DNA of 64,000 bases, from contig NC_089429.1 in the NCBI RefSeq assembly GCF_026210795.1, positions 6,758,001-6,822,000 of the forward strand, in the 5' to 3' direction. The position numbers and the translations under genes were made by a program. The notes beneath the pieces are model-generated. The model was not told the DNA's origin, ran no database searches, and saw only the letters and a list, made by a program, of their open reading frames with translations. Below, piece after piece: positions 55,303 through 64,000 of this stretch (the first letter of the stretch is position 1; each line of letters begins with the position of its first letter). Source of the stretch: Rhizophagus irregularis (Eukaryota).

Positions 55303-56010
55303 ATGATGTCGACACCAATTGCAATTTATACTCCTTCAGAGCCTACTGGACCGCCTCCTAGGGATTTGCGTGATATGAATAATATACCATTAGTTGCGGT
55401 AATTAAGGATCTAACAGATTTTTTAACTGTCAGTGATCGCATGGTTGTTAATCGAGATGTACAAAATGCAAACCATCGTCTTAAACATGCTCTTAATTTA
55501 TTAATTCATCGCTGTAGAGAAACATACGAAGAACGCGATATATTAAAAGCAGAACGTGATCGATCTCGAAAAGAACGTGATGAATTACAAGATGAACTCG
55601 AGGTTCAAACGGGTTTGTTAGGTCTTACACAAGATGAGCTAAATAACGTACAAGATACTATTACTAGTTTAGAAGCTAATTTGGCTGAATTGGAACGTGA
55701 GTTTGGTGGTATGCGGACGACTAATCGTCGTCTTCAGCAGCAATATAATCTTATGAGAGGAGAACGTAATAGAGCTATAGGTGAACGTAATAGAGCTATA
55801 GGCGAGCATGATGTGGCACGAAATCAGCTTGTATATGCCAATAATCGGGTTCTTTTTGGAATTCGGACATTGGGACGTCTTAGGAATCGACTTTTCCAAC
55901 AAATAGCCGCTCTGCGTATCCAAGTACAATGGTTTTGGATTAGACAATTGAACCTTCCTCCACCTCCTCTCAACCATCCACAAAATACGATATGGCTGCC
56001 GTTGGTATAG
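55303..56010 (+). CDS. Coiled-coil protein overlapping the start of gag, 235 aa
   Basis: Heptad-rich E/R/L segment, ERNRAIG 21-bp repeats, PPPP near the C-terminus; overlaps the gag ORF by 19 nt. Confidence 0.75.
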   Translation: MMSTPIAIYTPSEPTGPPPRDLRDMNNIPLVAVIKDLTDFLTVSDRMVVNRDVQNANHRLKHALNLLIHRCRETYEERDILKAERDRSRKERDELQDELEVQTGLLGLTQDELNNVQDTITSLEANLAELEREFGGMRTTNRRLQQQYNLMRGERNRAIGERNRAIGEHDVARNQLVYANNRVLFGIRTLGRLRNRLFQQIAALRIQVQWFWIRQLNLPPPPLNHPQNTIWLPLV

Positions 56011-57488
56011 CTGCCCCCATATTTCATGGTCGGGAAGATGAAGATCTTAATCTTTTTATTGATAACTTTTTAGGGTATATTAATACCGTTGGTATTGATC
56101 CATTGGACGATGCCGGTGCGCCTCCTGGTCGGGTGCGAGCGATGGGGGTTCTTCGTAGCTGTATGAGAGATGAAGCGGCGAGGTGGTTTGATGCAGAACT
56201 TACTGGAAAAAATTGGGAACTCTCGAATATTCGGTTAGTGGCTACTGCAAATGGTGGAGCCGGTGCTACTCGCCGAGCGTTCAGAGCTTTAGCTGTTCCT
56301 GAGGTTGCTAATGGATTACATGTTGGTACTTACTTACCCGGGTCTGATGCTGATGTATATTCAAGGGTTGCAGGTAATGCGGCGAGAACCGTTGGAGAGG
56401 CATTTTTCCCATCACGCGCTGATATCATTAGATCGAATTTTAAAGTTGAAGAGCAGTGGAGGCGTGCGGGCGGACGTCCTACTCATCAACCCGTTAATGG
56501 GTTGGGAAATCATGGAGGTCCATTTAATGCTGCTGTCCAGAATCAACCAATAGTCTTACAGGGGATTCTCCTGGATCAAGCATTTATGCATATGCGTACA
56601 AATTTTCCAACCATCGTGGAAGAAAGACTTCAGATACGATTTAGTAATCTTTACCAGGAACAAGGTGAACCTGTTCGATCTTACTATAAGCGAGTTGAGA
56701 GGGCTGGGGATATTGTAGGATATAATCGAATTATGGTTACTGACCAGTTCTATAGAGGACTTTTGCCGGAAAACGTTATTGAAGCTTCCAGAATCGGGGC
56801 GGCGCCTCTTAATATATTAATCGATAGATTGAGTGATCTTGAGCGATGAAAGGGTGAAATGTTCTATGGATTACAAAGGCGCCAGGGTATTGAAAAGGCT
56901 AAAAAAGAGGAATTGGCTGGCTATACTCATCCCGTGACTCCACACGAAGGTGCTGTAATACAAAGGTCGACAGACGTTATTACTCAAGAACGATTACAAG
57001 AATTGCTCAAGGCACAAGCCGAGGAACTTACCAAGAATTTCCAGGCACAATTTAAACAATTACAAGCATCTAAGCCAGTTCGTAAACCACCGGTCTATAG
57101 ACAACAGATTAAACCTGTTCGGCCAAAGCCACGGCCACGCGTTGTTCAGGATCCTCAGGATCCTGATTGGGATGATGGTTATGTAGATCATGATTTTGGT
57201 GATGACCCTGGTGACCCTGATGCTCCTGAGTGGACTAGTGAGGATGATCAACATGTTATTGATCTTATTATGGGATATGAGACGTCTAAAAGATTTCCAA
57301 AGAGACTTCAGAAGGCTAAAGATAGACGCGATGATCTGGAATTAGCCCGAGCAATGAGAAACCTCGATCTTAATGATGATGCTATGGATATTGATACTAA
57401 TACCGCGAGTTTTGATGACTTGAAAATTGTTCCCGATGAGGAAGGTGGTTTTCGGATTTGTGCGGTTCGAAGTACAAAAAAAAAGTAA
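55992..57488 (+). CDS. gag: Ty3/Gypsy-like Gag (capsid) protein, 498 codons with one in-frame TGA at 56847-56849
   Basis: CA-NTD-like APIFHGREDEDLNLFIDNF...LRSCMRDEAARWF; MHR/CTD-like LYQEQGEPVRSYYKRV...DQFYRGL. ORF 56859-57488 is in the same frame after CGA-TGA-AAG-GGT-GAA-ATG. No CCHC knuckle seen. Confidence 0.7.
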
Positions 57489-58207
57489 ACTCGGATAAGG
57501 GTGTAAGTATCTCGAAACTTCTTAAATCTGTTCCAAAAAAATCAGTTAAAATGACTCCTATTAAGATTCCTGTGAAGGTTACTAGTAGTAAGCCCACACT
57601 TATAAAAGCCGTCACCAAAAATGATTCATTAAGTTTATTAAGGTCTGCAGATTTTAGGAAATTACTCCGCGAGATTCTTCGGGAAGAATTAAAGTCTGCT
57701 CGTAAAAGTACGGAGATTCCGAAAGACCTAGTTGAGGAAAAACAAGAAGAGGATATCAGGGAAGATGACCCGATGGATATTGACATAGCTCGTTTAGAGA
57801 ATACTAAAGATCTTTTAGCGCTGGATGGGAAGGTTAATGGGATAGCAATTCAGTGTTTAGCAGACACTTGTGCTAACGCGTCTTTTATTCAGAGGGAAGC
57901 CGCTGAAGAATTAGGGTTGGATATCGACAAGAGTATTACACATAACATATCCGGCGCTCCGGGTTCTGGTAGGACATTCGGCATGGTAAAAGGTGTGTCA
58001 ATCAAACTAACCCCTGATTGTGTAATCACTGAGAATCTCGCGGTTTTAAGCGATTACAAGCATAGGGAGATTGGATTGAGCCGGACGTGTCTGAAACGTT
58101 ACAATTATGATGTCCATGAATCGCGTGAACATATCGCCCTTACTTGTAATGAGAAGAATGTTTTTATCCCGATAGTTTCTGATGTGAATCGAGGAGACAA
58201 AAAATAG
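57458..58207 (+). CDS. Retropepsin-like aspartic protease in the -1 frame relative to gag
   Basis: GKVNGIAIQCLADTCANASFI (hhD[TS]GA-like), flap-like ISGAPG and IGLSRTCL (hLG.D.L-like). No ATG at the ORF start; A9 run at 57476-57484 immediately before the gag stop. Confidence 0.8.
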   Translation: MCGSKYKKKVNSDKGVSISKLLKSVPKKSVKMTPIKIPVKVTSSKPTLIKAVTKNDSLSLLRSADFRKLLREILREELKSARKSTEIPKDLVEEKQEEDIREDDPMDIDIARLENTKDLLALDGKVNGIAIQCLADTCANASFIQREAAEELGLDIDKSITHNISGAPGSGRTFGMVKGVSIKLTPDCVITENLAVLSDYKHREIGLSRTCLKRYNYDVHESREHIALTCNEKNVFIPIVSDVNRGDKK

Positions 58208-58221
58208 GGAATATTTATTTT

Positions 58222-59312
58222 TTATTCCCAAAACTTGCGGATTAAGGCAGGGACATCCTCCTCCAACCGGTCAGCGGGTTCCCAAGTGGCTTCGGTATCT
58301 GGGTATCGTTCCCACTTGACTAGATACTGGTCTTGACCCTTCCTGATGCGATGCCGGAGTATCCGCTCAGGTACAAATCTTTCGGGTTGCCCTCTTATCA
58401 CGGAGTCAGGTGGGGGATGTTCATTTTCTGGAACAATCTGCAACTCTTTTCGGGTGTACGCACATCTGGATACACCTAGACGCCCGTGTGGTCCATCAAG
58501 AAGATACGTAGGAGGCTGTTCGGGTGAGAGGATCATTTTTTTGATGACACGGATATTGGGATTCCATCTTATGTCACCTGTACGAAATTTTCCATGGAGT
58601 TTATTCCTGAGTACTGAAATAGGTTCGTCTAACTTGACTCGGACATGTGTTCCTTCAGAGAGAAGTTCTGTCTTTTTTGACACTTTGGGTGACCCTGTCG
58701 GAATGTCTGGGGGATTTCTCTGCCAGATTTCATCTATTTTATTAACTACATCACGGAAATCTTCTGACCATTCCACGGATGTCACCCCAGTCTTCAACTC
58801 CTGTGCCACCATTCGTTTTAGGAGAGGTTCCTGGATTGCTTGGATGGCTCGTTCAGCGTATGATTGCTGTTTGTGTCTTCCTGGTTCGCCGAACCTCATC
58901 ATTACCCTAGGCTGTTCAGGAAAAAATCACGTACCTGGTCGTTAGTGAATTCTGATCCGGAGTCTGTCTCCAGTCTGTGTGTTGGTGGCTTAATACGATT
59001 TCTTCTGTAGATTTTGACAAACCCGTTTAGAACCCTATTTGCAGTCTTATCCTTTAGGGGTTCTGCATCGACTTGTTTACCCGCGACTTCCACCACTACG
59101 AGGAAATAGTGGAATCCTTTGGGGTCGACTGGCATCTCTGCAAGATCTGCCTGATGTGTTGCATTTGGTTTCCATACAACTACTCGTGGACGCTCTGATG
59201 ACTTCTCCTTTAAGGGCTTTTTATATAGGTTGTAGTGCTCCTCACCTTTTAGAATTCGTGCCGGTACTCTGGAGAGATTGTAGTATTTGTAGTAATTCTC
59301 TAAATGCGACAT
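58222..59312 (-). pseudogene. int: RVE (DDE) integrase with C-terminal chromodomain; 1-bp frameshift near 58905
   Basis: HQADL, YFLVVVE, AEPLKDKT, ETDSGSEF, QSYAERAI (D-D-E); chromodomain PERILRHR..QYLVKWERYPDTEATWEP. One extra G in CTA-GGG-TAATG would join the two ORFs (SLG-VMMRFG). Confidence 0.9.
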
Positions 59313-59356
59313 ATTACGACAAATTAAAGGAAAGATTTCGGACTTCAAATCTTAAG

Positions 59357-59677
59357 ATGACACGATTTTACTGCCTAAAGTGTAAGAAGGAAACCGAGAC
59401 TGCTAGTGAAATACAAGATATGACCACAAATGGCCGCTATCGTTTACATGGTGACTGTGTAGTTTGTGGGATGCATAAGAATACTTTTACTGGGATAGAC
59501 TGGGTTATCAAAAAGAAAACCAAGGAGAAGAAAAAAGAAACTGCGGCTAAAAGACATCAGACGGCGTACAATCGGCAATGCAAAAAACTCGGGCAGAAAA
59601 TCTTAGATTCTGATGACACGTGTAAGCAGTGTATTGATAAATGCCTTAAGGAGGCAAAAAAGAGGAAGACAGATTAG
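59357..59677 (+). CDS. Small basic Zn-ribbon protein (DUF5679-like), 106 aa
   Basis: MTRFYCLKCKKET...TTNGRYRLHGDCVVCG.HK; ATG at 59357 lies within the longer track ORF 59039-59677. Confidence 0.75.
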   Translation: MTRFYCLKCKKETETASEIQDMTTNGRYRLHGDCVVCGMHKNTFTGIDWVIKKKTKEKKKETAAKRHQTAYNRQCKKLGQKILDSDDTCKQCIDKCLKEAKKRKTD

Positions 59678-59686
59678 TACCGCCTT

Positions 59687-60202
59687 CTAAAAGTATTCCT
59701 CATCATCTGAGTCATCGAGAGATACCTCTCCATCATCTGATTCATCATCCGAGTCGTCAGGAGTGCGACCTTCCTTAAGCAATTGGATGTTGTATGTTAT
59801 TTGAGTCCATTTCTCCCAGTCAGACTCTTGCGTTATAAAGCCGCATCTGAGGAGTGCTCTTTCTATTACTACCATCCCTGCAAACCTGGTGTATTTTTTC
59901 TGATCGGCTTCATTGAAATTGTCAATGGCTTCTTTGTAGTAGTCTACTGCCTGTTTGTATACCTCTTCGGCTTCTTTATGCCGCTTCCACAACTCGGCTT
60001 TACAACAGTTATACCAGAGTCTGTTAATCTTGAGATGTTTTCCGAATTCTTTAACCGGAAGGTTTCTGACCATCTCTGCTACTATGTCCGGGTCATTGAG
60101 GGGTGATGCCTGAATTTGGATCCATTTACGGATTCCATAGATGTCTACAAGATCAAGCCCGAGGTCTTCGGCAAGAGAAGTGGCGGCGTGTAAGTTTATC
60201 AT
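59687..60202 (-). CDS. Second, divergent F-box-like protein with acidic tail, 171 aa
   Basis: LNDPDIVAEMVRNLPVKEFGKHLKINRLW resembles an F-box; starts 11 bp inside the right TIR boundary. Confidence 0.65.
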   Translation of the reverse strand: MINLHAATSLAEDLGLDLVDIYGIRKWIQIQASPLNDPDIVAEMVRNLPVKEFGKHLKINRLWYNCCKAELWKRHKEAEEVYKQAVDYYKEAIDNFNEADQKKYTRFAGMVVIERALLRCGFITQESDWEKWTQITYNIQLLKEGRTPDDSDDESDDGEVSLDDSDDEEYF

Positions 60203-60212
60203 TGTATGTTAC

Positions 60213-60690
60213 TTATAGTTACCTAATCTTCAATTGCCGAATATGTTTTTTCCAAAGATCCGCGCTCCTACCCGGTTATCCTCCTACAGATCTACAGGCC
60301 TTCTAGGGGTTATTAACCTACCTGTTCACTCGGTTTGTTATCTCACTGCCTCCAATAAGATAACGAACGGAATCCTGAAAGAGTAACGGATCGTAACGAA
60401 TGTAACAGATCTGGGGGTAAAATCAAAACTTTTTTCTGAGGGGGTGTCCTCTCCTATTATTCTGAAATATCTGTTACATCTGTTACATCTGTTACTCCCT
60501 TCTGATTCTATCGTATTTTCCTCTCTTTTTCCTTATTTTATCTGTTTTTTAGTATATTTTTAGTAACAGATGTAGTAACGGATAGTAACGGATCTTGGAT
60601 AACCCTGCCCCACGAAGGGGAGATGTAGGTACTGCGAGGCCACGAGGCCGAGGTGGGGTGAGCGCTAGCGAGACACACTACCAGCCCGAC
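60213..60690 (-). repeat. Right terminal inverted repeat (478 bp)
   Basis: Reverse complement of 45659-46137. Confidence 0.97.
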
Positions 60691-61793
60691 TGACACTATT
60701 CAATACCCTTTAGAGAAAGTTTACCAAAACAATCCACAAATTAAATTAGTTTTTCATACTGATGATTCTAAACCTAAGCAGATAGCAACATGTTCCTCTT
60801 GCTATAATCCTGTTCCAGCTGAAATTCAAAATGTACCTCCATATCACTGTATCTATCTTTCTTCTATTCATCTTAGCTGTTCATTAGGTCAAACTTCAAA
60901 TAGTAATGCTTATTCAAATTATCATCACTTAACTGGTACTTTTATTGATTTAAAAAATATCAATGCTTTTGCATTATATTCTGGTACTGTTGGTGCTATA
61001 TTAGCCAATAATAATTCAAATTCATGGTATCATTCTTCACTTAATAATGCAGCAACATGGTTATGTGATAATAACCCTTACTTCAGACCATATAAAACTT
61101 TAATTAACTGTGGTACTTGGGATGGACCTCCAGTCATTTTTCCAATTACTTTATCTAGCAATCTTTCTCAAACCCAAGAACAGCCTATATTTAATATTAA
61201 TTCTTGACCTTCTGCAGTAGTATTACCTCCTTATGATTTTGATGCAGAAATACATAATAAAGATTATTATTATTCTCAATTAATAGCAGGATTTTTAACT
61301 GATCCTAATAATAAGGAATTACCAATACCATTTTATAATAAAATATTAAACCACTTCTGTTTCCTGATCTTTTTCCATATAGAAAAGGTTTTTATTTAAA
61401 TGATAAAAATACAAATAGATGAAATTAGGGATGGCAATGGTCATGGTCATTAACCGGTTATGACCAGTCATGACCGTGACTGATATCGGACAGTCAAAGA
61501 CCTCTGACTGACCATTTGACCGACTGGTCTGTCGGTCAAAGGTTCTTGACCGGTTATGACTGACCGATGACCAACCATAACCGACCGTTGCCATCCCTAG
61601 ATGAAATATAGACACTTTAGGCAATTATGCAAAATTTTTACTACTTTGTCCTGATCCTAGATGGCGTTTATCTTGGTATTGGCCTCATTATATTTATCTA
61701 ACACTTGAAAAGTTAAGAAATCATCAAAATAGAACTTGAATATTAAATCAACATAATATTTCTCAATCAAATCAATTAACAACTGCAGATTTG
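60691..61793 (+). pseudogene. Decayed Helitron-like Rep/helicase ORF, continuation
   Basis: [12 protein letters not shown] (cf. ALxWLxxNNPxY), PLLFPDLFPYRKG (cf. FPxLFPxGxG) and CPDPRWR (cf. DxRF) occur in the order seen upstream of Helitron Rep domains; stops and frameshifts present. Confidence 0.65.
61426..61599. mobile_element. hAT-superfamily MITE (174 bp)
   Basis: TIR TAGGGATGGCAA(T)GGTC / GACC(G)TTGCCATCCCTA; 8-bp TSD GATGAAAT (61418-61425, 61600-61607); TGACC subterminal motifs. Confidence 0.93.
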
Positions 61794-62225
61794 CATATGG
61801 GCTGATTTGTCTACTCTGCATTAAAAAGAGTTATTGATTGATTTTCACAATTTTATTACTCAAAATTGTTTTGTAATACCAAAAAATCATCTGATTGATG
61901 ATCACTTGACTAAATAATAAGTTGAACAAAAATTTACATTTGCGAAACTTAAATTATTAAATGTAAAAGAGCTGTGAAAAAACCCATTTCACTAATAAAA
62001 AACCCATTTCTCATATATATGGAATTTTTAACATATATTATTAAAAAGTAAGTATATTTTAATAAAATATAAAGTAAAATAAAAATTTATATAGCCTTAG
62101 TAGCTATAAATGTTTATAAAAGTATAATAAAAATATCATATAAAAGATGGTATCATAATAAATATTTTCAAACAATAAAAATAATTATTTTATGTCGGAG
62201 TTTGTATTACCATCTTTAAACGCAA

Positions 62226-62540
62226 ATATATCAAGATTCACTGATCCGTTTTCTATAATTTTAGGCTCGCTGGAAATCCCTTGTTCTGGACTTTATAGGC
62301 GAAAAAAGAGCTCGCCGATTGAATCATTAGATCCAGAGATATTTACGTTTAAAGTTGAGGTACGAACTTTTTGACATGCTTAAATGCAAATATCTTGGAA
62401 TCCACTGATCCATTTTTTATAAATTTAGGCTCTTTGGAAAGCCTTTGATCTGGTCTATATGAACAAAAAAAGTGCTTGCCAATTGGATCACTGGATCTGG
62501 AGATATTTATGTTTTAAGTTGAGATACAAATTTTTAACAT
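62226..62540. repeat. Diverged tandem duplication, ~164-bp period, 2 copies
   Basis: CACTGATCC...TTTAGGCTC...GGAAA...GAGATATTTA..AAGTTGAG occurs twice in the same order. Confidence 0.75.
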
Positions 62541-62541
62541 A

Positions 62542-63525
62542 CACTACCCTTCCAAAAGTATCCGGTCAAATAATAAAGATTATATTTTATTAATAATAAT
62601 TAGTATTTAGTTGGCCATCCATTGTTTTTAATGCATGCTTCAATTCGATGTGGCATGCTCTCAATTAAATTAATGTAAGTTTCGGGTGGGATTCTTTCCC
62701 ACTCATCTTGCAATACTTCTTCAAGTTCACGAAAATTCTTTGGATGTGTAGATCATTTTTGAAGTCTTCGTTCAAGTTCATGCCACAAATGTTCAATAGG
62801 ATTAAGATCCGGGGATTGTGAAGGCCAATCTGGAAGAATCTTAATCTTTTTCTGTACAATCCAATTCACAGGTCGAAAAGTGAAAAATCAGGCATCAATC
62901 AGTCACCAATCGGTCACCAATCAGGTACCTGATTGGTGACCGATTGGTGACTGATTGGCATTTTCGCCTAATACGTCGCCAATCAGGCAGTTTGCTAACT
63001 TTTGATTCAGTGATCAGAAAAAGATGAAATATAGCTCATTGGAATCGTCTCAATGAGACGAATCTAATGGTAGTAAAATCACATTTCTAGGATTAATACT
63101 TGATGAGAAATTAAGTAAAATATAAAATAAAAATGTATCATTTATATTTTATTTAATTTTTTATTAACTATTAATCCTAGAGATGCGATTTTACTACCAT
63201 TAGATTCGTCTTGTTGAGATGATTCCGATTAGCTATATTTCATCCTTTTCTGATCACTGGATCAAAAGTTAGCAAACTGCCTGATTGGTGACTGATTGAT
63301 GCCTGATTTTTCACTTTTCGACCTGTGATTTTTAACATCTCTTGCGGTATGAACTGGAGCATTGTCATCCTGAAATGCGTAATGTTGCCTGTGATGTTTT
63401 GATCGAATGAATGGCAGTAAATTTTTTTCTAAAATATTAATATAATCTAACCTATTCATTTTACCATCTACTTTTACCAATGGTCCCAGTCCTTTTCCTG
63501 AAAAGCATCCCCACATCGTCATAAC
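62542..63525 (-). mobile_element. Tc1-family transposon 3' part (DD34E transposase remnant) with nested insertions
   Basis: MWGCFS...QDDNAPVH; after removing 62867-63327 the frame reads [32 protein letters not shown]...SMPHRIEACIKNNGWPTKY*. Likely terminus TA|CACTACCCTTCCAAAAG at 62542. Confidence 0.9.
62867..63327. mobile_element. Foldback MITE with CAC termini and 3-bp TSD (CACTA/CMC-like), 461 bp
   Basis: CACAGGTCGAAAAGTGAAAAATCAGGCATCAATCAGTCACCAATC and its reverse complement at the ends; the arms pair over most of the length; TSD ATT (62864-62866, 63328-63330). Confidence 0.9.
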
Positions 63526-64000
63526 TAGGGATGGTTAGGTCGGTCCTGGTCCGGTCCTGGTCCTGGGACCTATAAGTCCTATTGAATGGACCTGCGGACC
63601 AGGTCCTGTTAGGACCAGTCCTGGACTAAGTTATTTATAGATTTTATGAATTTTAGTAATAATTAAATATAAAAAAAGTGAGTTGCGATATCGGGATTCA
63701 CTTTTTTATATTGATTTTATATAAAAAAAGTGAGTTGCAGTATCGGGATTCACTTTTTTATATTGATTTTATATAGAAAAAGTGAGTTGCGGTTAGTGTT
63801 TGGATCTGGATAAAAACTGTTATCCGGATAAAATAATTACTCAATCCGGATAAAAACTTTAATTTTGTAAAAGGTGGAATTAAATCCAATTATCAACAAA
63901 TTTGAGTACTATGATCGTATTTGTAACACTAAGAGCTTTCAAACAAGCCATAAATCATAAAGTTCTGATCATTAGTTCATGAAATACAACAGTTTATCCG
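63526..64000. mobile_element. Left end of another hAT-like non-autonomous element, probably extending beyond the window
   Basis: Begins TAGGGATGG with GGTCC/GGACC subterminal motifs exactly where the Tc1 frame is interrupted; contains a 52-bp tandem repeat (~63670-63790). Second TIR not seen. Confidence 0.65.

Larger units (their letters stand above)
45656..60690. mobile_element. 15-kb Polinton/Maverick-like self-synthesizing element or endogenous virus carrying a Gag + aspartic-protease module
   Basis: ~479-bp TIRs; 5-bp TSD TGACA (45651-45655, 60691-60695); abrupt rise in GC and ORF density; PolB, SF3 helicase, A32-like ATPase and RVE integrase motifs. Confidence 0.95.

Noticed and set aside
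55992..59312. Gag + protease + chromo-integrase read as a nested Ty3/Gypsy LTR retrotransposon
   Set aside because: No RT or RNase H, no LTRs or internal TSD seen, and the integrase is on the strand opposite gag-pro with its own start. It reads as the Polinton-type integrase of the TIR element.
46044..60306. Antisense and overlapping ORFs in the element (e.g. 46044-46526, 47951-48196, 57397-57786, 58346-58945, 59783-60106, 60103-60306)
   Set aside because: Shadows of longer motif-bearing ORFs or of the TIRs in GC-richer DNA; no motifs of their own.
45656..60690. Bacterial or phage contamination, or a mis-assembled linear plasmid
   Set aside because: A precise TSD and an interrupted host-side reading frame show true integration; F-box and chromodomain genes are eukaryote-associated.

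Overview
Very AT-rich, intron-containing eukaryotic DNA. The composition, the MATA-type HMG-box genes and the BTB remnants suggest an arbuscular-mycorrhizal fungus (Glomeromycotina, Rhizophagus-like); this is an inference. The first ~45 kb is gene-poor. It holds a small spliced Myb/SANT-like gene, two HMG-box genes, a decayed LINE retrotransposon, a BTB/BACK pseudogene and several MITEs. The main feature is a 15,035-bp, GC-richer, gene-dense, intronless element (45656-60690) with ~479-bp near-identical terminal inverted repeats and a 5-bp TSD (TGACA), inserted into a decayed Helitron ORF. It carries a Polinton/Maverick-type module: D5-like SF3 helicase, compact protein-primed-type PolB with an OTU-like N-terminal motif, A32/FtsK-like packaging ATPase and RVE integrase with chromodomain. 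I see no double-jelly-roll capsid or adenain protease. Instead it has a Ty3/Gypsy-like Gag followed by a -1-frameshifted retropepsin, with no RT, RNase H or LTRs. Its replication and accessory genes (two F-box, IQ/Zn-finger, NPxTGR-repeat) share an upstream AAYTGAA(G)AT motif and a downstream TATTTTTT motif that resemble giant-virus early promoters and poly-T terminators. This copy has a few inactivating lesions. All protein calls come from motif reading by eye, not database searches.
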